From: Glaucostegus cemiculus
Taxonomy: Eukaryota
NCBI GenBank assembly: GCA_976551045.1
Contig: CDPCPM010000026.1
Location: 7,812,001-7,876,000 of the forward strand
Direction: 5' to 3'
Length of the DNA stretch: 64,000 bases
Shown: positions 51,343-62,635 of the stretch, piece by piece
Layout of the letters: the number at the start of each line of letters is the position of its first letter
How positions within the stretch are numbered: the first letter of the stretch is position 1
The notes under the pieces: generated by a model
What the model saw: only the letters and a program-made list of their open reading frames with translations
Database searches by the model: none
Told to the model about the DNA's origin: nothing
Position numbers and translations under genes: made by a program

Positions 51343-51552
51343 CTAAAACAGAAAAATTATAGTAAAATTGCTTGGGGCTTTTTTCCCAAAAAAAAAATAC
51401 TAAATAAGAATTTTATGTGATAAGAAATTATGCCAAACTAATTTTCACTCTTAAGCAACGTTATAGCATTACTGTTAAACAATCAGTTTTGTTCAGAAAT
51501 AAAAGCAGTACTTCATGTACAATGATTTTTTTTTAAAGAGAAGTATGCACAC

Positions 51553-51610
51553 CTCCAATTCATCCTTGAATAATGGTTGAGTTGGTTTATATTCTGGATC
51601 TTCACCATCC
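51553..51610 (-). CDS. CHD9: CHD9 small exon (58 nt)
   Basis: ttctaacag|G..GAG|gtgtgc; DGEDPEYKPTQPLFKDELE. Confidence 0.9.
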
Positions 51611-52052
51611 CTGTTAGAAAACCCATAAATTTGTTAGCAATTATTAGCATTAATACTATTTTCTCAAACCTATAGCAGTGATCAGTACAGAAAACAAAAA
51701 AAGAGATTAAGATTAAACTGGTCAACATTTTTCTAACACAATAAAACAATTCCACAACCACTAGTGGGTCAGTCAGCGTTATCTGGGCACAAACAAAGGA
51801 TAGGAAAAGGGGGGTCATTAATTCCTCACATCTCCCAGCTATACTCCATCACCACTCAACAGTACATACAGGTCAAGAGGGCCAAACAATTTCTGCCGAT
51901 TCTTTCTACATGGAACACCATACAATCCCACCAAACTAACTCAATGAAGCAAGCAAATTTTATAAGCAAGGTGCCTTATGACAGAAAGAGGACAAGTAAT
52001 GTTTTAAAATAATTTTAAACCACTTCACCATGTTGACTGAGAGTAACCGTAC

Positions 52053-52182
52053 CCCTCTGCACCATCAGCAAAGGTATCATTCCCTCTTTGTTCTGCTGCA
52101 ATTGCTTTCTCATCAGGCTTGCCAACTCTCTCCAAGAAACAGAGTGCTGGGTCATTTCTCATTGTATTATACTTCTCATAAC
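52053..52182 (-). CDS. CHD9: CHD9 exon (130 nt)
   Basis: ttccacag|GT..GG|gtacgg; [42 protein letters not shown]. Confidence 0.93.
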
Positions 52183-52993
52183 CTGTGGAAAGATCAAGAA
52201 TGTGTTAGGAGAGAACAGAGCAGACTATGTGCACCAATATTATATAAAAGAAAACGAATCTAGAAAAGTGGTCAATTATTTAATTCCAAGCCACGTATAT
52301 TTTGTAGAATTTACAACAAAACAATTATAAAGTACAGAAGTACAATTATAAAGCACATATTTTCCCCAGGTGTCTTTTTCAACTCCTCTTTATATAAACT
52401 TGTGAACTGCCTGTACACATGCAAAATGAAATCTATTAGTTGAATAGTAGAAACATTTGAAAAAGATCTCAGATTTAAAAGCTTCTGGAAGTAAGCATAT
52501 TATCTAACAAAGTTTCAAGAAAATAGCCATCTAAGATTCTCAGGCCAGCTACAAATGGGCAATTCTAAGCTTCGCAAGAATCATTCACTTAAAATTTAGG
52601 GTGATTTGATGGCATCTTCTAAAATATCAATCACAGTGTAAAACAATGTATGTATCTCTCTCCATGTAACTGTATGGCAACTGCTTATTATTGGATTCCA
52701 TGTCTGAGTTTATTGTCATGTGCGCAAGTACAGTGTGCTACAGTACAATGTGACAATAGCATCACAGGCACATCGGTGCAGACAACTCACAGAATATAAA
52801 TTATACATAAAATTATACCATAGAATGGAAAAAAAAAGTCTGTGCAAAAGCAAGACCTTAGTGCAAAAAAAGACAAAGACACAATCAAAGGCAAGTCCAT
52901 CACTCACATCCATTTGGAAAATTCCATTGGAATGCCACGGGTAGCCGAAGGAATATCTGATGTCTTACAAGTTGTTCAACACTGTACACTCAC

Positions 52994-53097
52994 CATGTTT
53001 GAAGACTCCAATGAGCAGAGATTTGTCAGCATCTGTGTCCCACCATTCAGCAGGAATCTCAGACTGTTCAGGCTCAGGAACCCAAATGTCAATCTCA
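52994..53097 (-). CDS. CHD9: CHD9 exon (104 nt)
   Basis: tgtgtag|T..CAT G|gtgag; [34 protein letters not shown]. Confidence 0.95.
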
Positions 53098-55991
53098 CTA
53101 CACAAGGGAAATAACAGATGAGGAAGCAAGTCAAATCAGTGGCACATTAAGTTACAGAAACTATAATGTGCTTATTAGGTCACCAAAGATTTTTTTGTTA
53201 AATGTCACCGTATCTGACAACATTATTTTTTTAATTCAATTCAAAAGACTTTTAAAACATATTTCCTTTATGTTTTCTGTTAAATGGCAAAACTTATGAC
53301 ATTACTGCTTTATGTCCATAACCAAAATGACTAGTTGAGATGTGTACATTTCTTAAATTCAAAGTATATTATAAAATATCTCAGGATAGGGTGGTACATT
53401 TCCAATCTATCAAAGTCAAATCAGACTACTTTCTCAATGGTGAGAGATTAGGAACTGCGGAGGAGTAAAAGGAATTAGATATACAGGTGTACAAATCACT
53501 GGAAGCTACTGCAGAAATGCAAAAATACAATTGAGAAGATGGATGAAATAGTTTCTTTGTTGTTGGCCTTTATTGCAAAAGAGCTGCAGCTTTGGGCAGC
53601 TTTCACCTTGTTTTGTGCAAGGTACCTCTGGGGAAGGAGATACTGCTGAGTTTATCAAAAATGATTCCAGGGCTTGAAGGGTTTTTATTTATGAGGAAAC
53701 ATTAAAAAAAAGCTTGCATTTCCTTGTCTGGGGACAATCTAGATGCAGCATTTAAAATGAAAAGGATTAAACAGTATATGTTCTGATTGACTGAGGGCTC
53801 ACCTGGAATATCTTGCAAGAACACTGTACCTGAAGTACTATGAGCTCAGTACCAACACAAAATAGTTCTATCTTTGAACCGAAATCCCACATGGAACATA
53901 TGCTGAAGTTTAAATCCTAGTTGGATAAATAATGATTGAAGAGGGGAAATAGGTTCTGAAGACAGAAAGCCAAGCTAAATGTCAGCTGAGGATACTTTAC
54001 ATGAATCCTACACAGCAAGCCACCATTCAGCCTCCCATCATTAGAGTTAACAACCTTACAGTAGGATATCTAAAACCTACTGCTTGAAACTTTTATTCGG
54101 AGTAAAACCAAAGAAGAATGAAAATCTGAAATAAAAATTGAAAATGCTAGAAATATTCAGCAAGTCAGGTAGTGGAAAGAGAAACAGTTAATGTTTGAGG
54201 TCTGGAACCCTTGTGTGTTTAAAACCTCAAAATATGTTTTATTTTGGGAATGGGTAGTTTTAGAAATCACTGAGGAGCTTTAAAAAAATCAGGCAAGAAC
54301 TGGGTTGGAATTGCAACATCTGTCTGTTGCTTGGCATGGTACATTTGCAAGGTCACACTTGGTATTGGTAAAAGAAACATGCACCTGTTTAATAGCTTTC
54401 CTTAGGGATTTGAGCTGGAAGCAGACTGTTAATTTCCATCTAACAACATTTTTGAAAGAGTAGCACTTCATAAAATTCCACTATAATCTGATGTACAAGG
54501 TTCCATATCAGCACTGCAGGGTTAACATTGGTTACTGTGTTTCAACAGCATTCTGAAATTCAAAGTTCCTTGGATATTACTAAGTGAGACATTAGTTAGT
54601 GCATAATTTTACATCACAAGAACGGAAACTTGCTTTCTTTTTATTAAACAAACATGAATGCAGAAGCTTAATCTGTCTGCCACCCACGAAGAGCTTAAAA
54701 GTTTGTGTCAGATGTAATAACCTCATAACTCTTAACAGTTGGCAATTTCTAAAAAAAAACCACAATTTGCCCTTTTCTTTCCTTCTGATCAAAGTTAAGC
54801 TGAATTAATTGTACATCTGGGGCCACATTATGAGTTAAGTATATCTGCCTTAACTTTTCTACAACTACATCCTGCATACAAAGCCCACAATTATTAAAAT
54901 ATAGGAGAAAAAAGTGGTAAAATTGAGATTTAAGTCATGAGAAAAGGGAATAGTGATAAACAGCAATATCAAAGATTATGGAAAGAATTGGTTTTGTATG
55001 TTATTAAAGATGGATGGCAGTCTTAAAACATTCTAATAAGATTCATCATCATTTTCAATAATTTATCTTTGCAATGCTTACTTCATCTTGTGATGACAGA
55101 AAACAATAATTTTCCCCTTTGGTGCTTGCAATATAGACACTTTTGGCTAGAAATTAGACTTACTTATTCACATCATGTGCAAATTGCACTTGTAAGCCAC
55201 TTTCCCCAAATAAGATTGCTTCAGTGATAATTTCTAGGTTGATTAGTGACCATCTGGAAATTGGCCAATGCACTTCCAAGTTCAATTCACCTTGGTACAC
55301 CTGGTGTTTGCATGACATCAGATGTCTGTTCATATTGTGCAAGCTTTCTGGGGGAAGCCTATGACCTTCACTGTTCATTCACAATACTAAGAGCACCTGG
55401 TGAAAAGTTGGGAAGTGAAAGACAATTAAAGGATCTGCACTGATTTCTTACAAACGGGTATGACAGGATGAGGAATTGCAAAATTACATAGAAAGTGCAG
55501 CACTGTGGGATGAAACTGTTTTAGAGTCAGTACATACATTGTAAGTTGAAAGGCCTCACTCATGCTGTAAATTCCTATGGGACATAAATTTGTCCTGGTT
55601 ATTGCAACAAATGTGCTGTGTAGTAATGCATGTACAAAAATATGCTGCTTCTTAAATTCAGTTCCACCTACTATAATAGAATAACATCTCCAAGTGAAGC
55701 TCAAAGCTCATACCTTGTCACATTATGTCTAATTATACAGCAGAACAAATTGTTGCATTAGTGATTGTAAAGATACTGTACACATGAAAGTTGTTGGCTA
55801 TTTAATGATATTTGCCTATTGCAATTGTAGATATTACTGGTTTCAAGAACTAATAGGTCACGGGAAATTATACAATTGAAGTGATTCATAAAACACCCCC
55901 GAGGGTAACTGTTCAACATTTACAAACATAGGTAGTTCAGGATCACAAGTTAAAAATTTCAGTTTGAACGTTGTATAATAAATATTCTTAC

Positions 55992-56081
55992 CTTGCATCT
56001 ACTCCATCAAGCACCTTGTCCAATTGGTCACCAATTACTTCTTGCTTCAGATAATACAGCATTCTTACTCGCAAAAGCACC
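55992..56081 (-). CDS. CHD9: CHD9 exon (90 nt)
   Basis: cactcag|G..AG|gtaag; [29 protein letters not shown]. Confidence 0.94.
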
Positions 56082-56465
56082 CTGAGTGACAAAGTCATAT
56101 AAACACTGTAACTGAGGCACACATTGATAATATTAAGGCTACTTGATAGCCTTAAATTAACAGGATAAGCCCCTGATGAAAGTCAATAGAATTATTGCTT
56201 TATTGAGACATTTTGAAAATAAAATTGACCTGATGCTGAGAAACTGGATACTCTATTTTCCAGTTTTTAATTAATACAACCCATTATTTATCAGCCACTA
56301 AATGCAAACATGCTATTATAAATTAGCCATAATCACTTTAATGATATAACATTCATCTAGTTGTAATTTATAAATATCACCAACAAAAATCAATAGTAAA
56401 CACACATTTTTAGAGCCTTGAGAAAGTCAGTCAGTACAGAAAACATTACATGGCACCTAACTTAC

Positions 56466-56625
56466 TTATTGCAATGATGTTTTAAATGTTTTTTGTAGCC
56501 TTCATCTTGAAGCAGGTGTTCTGGATTATACTTCCTAAGCCACTCAGCCTTCTGCATATCAAATGTGCTTCCCTGGATCTTTACCTTCTTCCCTTTCCGC
56601 CCTCTTGGAACTGGTGCAGACAAGC
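56466..56625 (-). CDS. CHD9: CHD9 exon (160 nt)
   Basis: atctag|GC..AA|gtaag; [52 protein letters not shown]. Confidence 0.95.
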
Positions 56626-56774
56626 CTAGATTAGGAATCCAGAACAAAACATAATTCTAAATATGTCCCAGGGGAGGGAGACTGCAAAGCTCAGATGTAT
56701 AAACACATGAAAAAGACCACAATGCTATTCATAGAGATAATAGAGCCATGTTGGTACATCAACTACTGTTCTTA

Positions 56775-57940
56775 GAATCATAGAAATGTACAGCACAAAG
56801 CCCTTTCAGCTCACCTTGTCCATACCAATCATGATGCCATCTCTGCAAATCCTATTTGCCCCAATTAGGCCCACATCGCTCAACGCCTTTCCTATTCGAG
56901 TACCTGTCCAAATGCATTTTAAGTGTAATTGGATCTGCTGCTGCTACCTCCTCTAGCAACTCATTCCAGCTATTCACCACCCTCTGCGTGAAAGTCTTTT
57001 GACTCAGAACTTATTTATATTTCTCTCCTCTCACCTTAAACCTGTGCTCTCTAGTTCTAGGTCCCCCTGCCCTGGGAAAAAGTTCTGACTTTCTAGCCTA
57101 TCGATGCTCCTCATGATTTTGTACATCTTCAGAGGGTCATCCCTCAGCTTCTCCATTCCAGTGAGAATAAACCTACCCTGTCCAATCTCTCCCATAACTA
57201 CAGCCTTCCATTCCAGGCCACATCCTGGTAAATCTCTTCTGCACTCCTTCCTGTGGCAACCAGAACTGTACACCGTACTCCAATTGCAGTCTAACCAATG
57301 TTTTGTACAAGTGCAACATGACGACCTAACTCTCATACTCAATGCCTCAGCCTATGAACGCAAGCACACCATATGTCTTTTTCACTACCCTATCCACCTG
57401 TCTTGCCACTTTCAGGGAGCTGAGCTTGTACCCCAAGGTGCCTCTGTACATCAACTCTCTGCCATTTACTTTATATGTCAGAACTTGACTTCCCAAAGTA
57501 CATTATCTCACACTTGTCTGGATTAAATTTCAACTACCACTGCCCCACCCAACTTTCCAGCTGATCTATGTCCCACTCCATCCTTCGGCAATCTTCTTCA
57601 CTGTCTACTACTCCGCCAATGTTCATGTCATCTGCAAACTCACAAATCCATACCCCCAACCTACACTTTCATCCAACTCATTTGACAAACAACGAAAGTC
57701 CCAACACCAATTCCTGTGGTACTCCACTTGTTACAGAGTTCCAATCAGAAAAGCATCCATCCACCACTACATGGCCAACTTTGGATCCAGTTTGCCAATT
57801 CCTTGTGCCTTAATCTTCTGGACCAGCCTGCCAATGCTCCTTGTCAAAGCCTTACTAACGTACACCATGTCTACCGTTCTGTGCTTGTTAACATTCCTCG
57901 TTACCTCCTCAAAACACTTAATCAGATTTCTGAGACATGA
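56775..57940 (-). mobile_element. Degenerate CR1 LINE 3' part
   Basis: RT remnants (reverse of gtttgcagatgacatgaacattgg, ccacaggaattggtgttggg); LRDDPLKMYKIMRSIDR; CR1 tail near 56775-56820. Confidence 0.85.
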
Positions 57941-60069
57941 TTGCATTGATAGTCAGAAAATCATTTATCTGTACAGGAGATATTGTGAAGCCTAACTTTC
58001 TTCACTATGGAGCTGTGCACCCTTTCTAGGTCATCCTCGGAAAATAATGCCATTGCTCCATGATCTCTGTGATGACTTCCATCTAAACTGATCCACTCAA
58101 GTTTCACTTAAATGGAGTCTCTGTTGTTTCAGTATCATCAGTTCTGCATGAACATGGTGTTGGACCACATTCAAAGTGGTGGTCTTTCTCCATGCTTTTA
58201 CCGACACTATTCCTTGCTGGGCTTTTACCAATTATAGAGTCCCTTCATAAAATTATAGGAACTGCAGCAGGTAAAAGACTGATAAAACCAAAATTATGTT
58301 GTCACACTCTCAATAGCCAACAATTACCAATTCAAATGCGAGTATCTTTGGGTGTTTTGATTATCTTCAACTCTGTCCCTTCACCCCATTCTCCCCAGCT
58401 CATTATCCTGTACGCCTCTGTAACTTTCATAGAATTCACCATCTTTCAATCTACTCTCAGTTTTGTCTTCATCACAAAGCTAAAGAGGAGCCACTGAAGT
58501 TAATGCTGACAATTTTGCAAATAAGCTTCCATGGTGATTTGTACTGGGCTAGACATGATTTATTGTGCAGACCAAAACTAATGGCAGATTACAAAGTGTT
58601 AATTGAAGGGTAAAATCTCCTCTTGTGCCCCTAATTAAAATAGGCTGGACTCTTACCAGTGCTTCACAAAATACATTACTGAATTCTGATTGGCCCAGTG
58701 ATAATTTGAACACTGCCTTCCCCTGAGCCAACAGTGCTATAACAAAACAGCACTTTCCAGGATGGCACTAGACAGGCTACTAGTGTACATTGAAGAATAA
58801 AACGTAATTGTACAGAAATGACCAGCAATGGATTTAGGAACTGGATTATATGTTGTAATAAATAGATGCATTCAAACATTATTCAATTCCGTCTCCACCA
58901 AATACTGTATCTGTGGAATAAACTCCAAACTTCAACAAGGCAATAGATTTCTCTCTGCACTTCAATATCCTGTGTAGGTACAGCCCATTATAATCTATAC
59001 TCCAATTATTGATACACTACTGTTTTTCCATTGATGTAAGTGAAACATTACAATTTGAAGATTAATGATCTGTCTTCTGAGAACACTGAAAGCAAGAACT
59101 GCAACATCACTTCCAGGAAATCGCTTTATGTACTTGTCATTCACAATGGATGTTGTGTTACTCCAGGCAGGCACAAAATCAAGCTTTAAAAGCAAAATAA
59201 TGCAAAAATCTAATACTGATGAAAAGCCAGTAACCCGAAGCATTAACTCTGCATCTATTTCCACGAATGCTGCCAGATCTCTTGACTATTTCCAGCACTT
59301 CCAGTTTTATTTTACAAAAGCAAATTTGCCATGAGAAGCTAGGATTGTGATCAGCTGAGAGTCATCTCTTGCATGAATAGCTTGTAATTACTCATTGCCC
59401 AGAACTGTGAAAGATAACAAAGAGTGTTTCCAACCATAGAAATGTACAACAGTCAATCCCCCTCACCATCATTGGACTCTCCAGCACTTCCAGGATCCCG
59501 CTTAAGAGTGAAATGGAAAAGATTTAGGTGGTGGCCCTGCTTCTCCAAAGGACAGTGTTGGATTGATGAAGTGGCTGAAGTACAGCAGATAGAGTGGCTT
59601 ACTTCAGAATGAATGACTCATTTGAGCACTTTGGATAAACAGCAATGACAACTGGGGTGTTTGGGTGTTGGCCACAAGCTATTTACACATTCTGGAAGAA
59701 ACATCCTTTTTTGTTGAGGAATAGCTCAGGATTCAGGACTGGAGCCATAAGTACCGTGTGTGCGATCTACTGCACCCAGAACCTTTGGAGAGAGTCACAG
59801 ACTGGGAAAATCCATATCCTGACACTGCCTGTAGCTGCACACTCAAACTGTATAGACGTCCTTTTCCTTGAGAATTGAACCTCCATTGTACCACAAAAAC
59901 CAAAGAACACTGCAGACAGCAGAGCAGAGCAAACATCTGGCACCTTTAATGTTCAGTAGCTAAAAGATTCAGGACAGCAGTATTCTCCATCTGCACAGAG
60001 AGAGTGACCTATCTACCGATGCCTATCCAGAGGGCTAAATGCAGCAAATTGCAAAACACAATTTGCCTG

Positions 60070-61000
60070 AGCAGCCGGCAGCCCAATAGTGTGAACATTA
60101 AATCTTCCAATTTCAAGTAACTCTTATCCCCTATGTTTCCCCCCTTGCCAACTCTCTCCTTCCAATGCACACCTGGTCCTCTTATTTTTGTCCCCTTTCC
60201 TATGCTCCCCCTCCAGCTGCCATCATTTATTTTGATCCTCTTTTCCCTCCTGGTTCCATCATGTACTATACACAGACTTCACCTACTCTACCCCCTCCCC
60301 TATCTGGTTCCATCTGCCCTTGCATCTAACCCTCACTGGTTCCCATTATCACCTTCCTTCCTTAGCAGATTCCAGTACCGGTAGCCCTTATGTCACCACT
60401 TATCATCCTCCAGCCTCCACTCCCTCCATCTGGCTTGATCTATGCTTCCCCCCTCCCGTCTGCTCCCACATTTCACCCACCTGCCTGTGTATCCCACTCC
60501 AACCTGGCTCCTTCTGCCCATCGTCTTTCATCCCTCCTCCTATCACCACTCACCCTTCCCTCTCACACCTGATGCAGGGTCGTGACCGGGAACTTCAACA
60601 ATTCCTTTACCCCCACAGATGCTGCTCAACCTGCTGAGTTTCTCCAGCAGTTTGTTTTTTGCAGAAAGTTCCAATTCCCCTTTTCTGATTCCAAAATTGG
60701 AATGAAAGTCCAGCTAGTAGAGAAATGCGAACGAGATTAAGTACATGTTTGATGCTTTGCTTAAAACAAAAACAGGAAAGGAAAATTGTATGATCTGATG
60801 CAGCTTTCTTGTATCATTCCAAATGAGTGCAGAATAATATCTTTTTATGTGTTGCTGGTCACTATTCTACCTCACTATTAATGCAAGCTTAAACCTTTTG
60901 TGTTCTGGAACAAAAAACAACACTGGAAGAACTCAGCACGTCAAGCAAGTTCTGTGGAAGCAAAAGCTGTCATTTCAGCTTGAGGCCCTGCATTAGGCAC
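60070..61000 (+). mobile_element. Penelope-like 3' end and terminal repeat, plus an inverted partial repeat
   Basis: ggcagcccaatagtgtgaacattaaatcttccaatttcaagtaa (QPN..NI..SNFK*), pyrimidine-rich tract, ctgatgcagggtcgtgacc..gatgctgctcaacctgctgagtttctccagc; reverse copy at 60910-60998. Confidence 0.75.
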
Positions 61001-61240
61001 CCTTGGTGTTCTAGCGTCTTACAGCACACTGCAGACGACTTGTACATTATTAACATATTCCTTTTGCAGTCAATAGCTTACAATGTCCCATGCATTACAT
61101 GCAAGTTACAGTGACCATGCTGCACAACTTGAATATCCCAACCAGTCATACATTATGAGTGACAACATTACAAAATTAAAATGTAACCTTCCAACATCAT
61201 TTCTGCACTGGGTAAAGAAAAGCTCCGCTGGCATATTTAC

Positions 61241-61440
61241 CCAGGTGGTTTTGTAGTTCCTTTGTTTGTCCATCCTCCGTTGGGGTAATGAGATCCCAGA
61301 TAAAACTCTTGATTTTTTCATCTCCTCTGTAGTGAGAAAGGCAGTACACTAACAGCGCTCGACAAATTGTCTCCACATCCTGTTCCACAAGCCGTCTCTT
61401 GAACCGCCCATGTGATAAGATGTCTTTCCAACGGTCCCAC
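61241..61440 (-). CDS. CHD9: CHD9 exon (200 nt), most 5' exon in window
   Basis: cttttccag|G..CTG G|gtaaat; [66 protein letters not shown]. Confidence 0.96.
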
Positions 61441-61801
61441 CTGGAAAAGAATGAAATCTTTTTTTTCTTTGAAAGTCAGAGTATTCTTTATTACTTTGTT
61501 TTAATGAACTGAATTAACCACATGTCAGCAGGTACTTTAAGTGCTTATGTACTACAAACTGATGTAGAACTTTAGAAGTCCTATAGCATGGAACAAACAA
61601 CTACAAGCCATCATCGTTCTCACAAATGATTTCAGGAACATGGCAGGGACAAGATTCCCAATTCCTGGAAAATGTTGGAACGAATCTTTACTTTTATTCA
61701 GTTGCTGGATGAGATAATAGTAATGTCTTTATTATTTGGTCAGAGACTTTCAAAGACTACCACAGGATACTCTGCTGGAGAATAATTGATTTTAAGCATG
61801 T

Positions 61802-62635
61802 TGTTACGAAGTAGCTTACTATAGGCAAATATCCCTTTAAGATGGGACATTGTGTGTGTGTGCAACGTACTACGTCAACAGGAGATAAGACTAACGTGAT
61901 GAGGTCATTACAAGAAAGAAAAAGATAGGAGAGAGAGACAGACAGACAGACAGACGGAGAGAGAGAAGAAGGAGAGATGGCAGCCTGTTTCGTTTCTGTC
62001 GATGGATGAAGGACAGTAACTGTGTTTGTCACTAAAATCCGTGGATGGATTCCTGGAGTAGTCCAGTGGAGTTCACTTTGTCGGTAACCTGTAGAAGGAC
62101 ACAGGTGTTTGCATGGACAACCACATTTTGGATGCTCTTCAGAGTGGCAGATACTGTATAACAAAGTGGCGGAATTCACTTTGCTGCTAACCTGTAGAAG
62201 AACGCAGGTATTTGCATGGACAGTCACGATCCAGGAGTTTTCGGGGTGAGAAAGTCACTACCGAGTTAGCCCTGAAGTGTCATCTGAGTTTCGAGTGGAA
62301 CATTCGGATTTCGTGATTCCTCTCTAATCTCTCTCTATATCTGTGTTTTGTCTTCGGTGGACGGTGCTTGTGAAGAAGCCTTTATTTGTGTTTCATCTTA
62401 TGGCTTATTGAACTGGACTTTAAGAACTAATTCCTGGACTTTGAGTTTAGGAATTCGACACGCACACACGACGATTAGTTTTGGGGTTATAGTTTAAGAT
62501 TCTAATATTTTATTGTGTACTAATATACTAACTTTTTATTCTTATTTTATGTATTATTGGATGTAGTTATTAATAAAGTAGTTTTAACACTGAAGTATGA
62601 ATTGGTGTGCTTCTTTTGTTGCTGGTTTCGTAACA
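61802..62635 (+). mobile_element. Solo LTR (834 bp), probably Gypsy-type
   Basis: Termini TGTTACGAA..TTCGTAACA (perfect 9-bp inverted repeat, TG..CA); flanks atgt/attt (4-bp TSD with one mismatch); AATAAA 62572-62577; CpG-richer than its flanks. Confidence 0.8.

Larger units (their letters stand above)
25145..61440 (-). other. CHD9: CHD9 gene, last 17 coding exons (4246 coding nt); 5' part lies beyond right edge
   Basis: All introns GT-AG with consistent phases. CHD6-9 family motifs plus CHD9-type stretches (DEDSVASLS, VKKHVREKEFTVKI, RILTGPVVREEVSRRGRRPKS); adjacent to RBL2. Confidence 0.93.

Noticed and set aside
58600-59800. Possible ancient Deu/LF-type SINE fragments (also near 55160-55400)
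   Set aside because: Too degenerate to assign without a profile search.
61757-62227. 156-aa minus-strand ORF
   Set aside because: Lies within the solo LTR and runs through microsatellite; no homology recognised.
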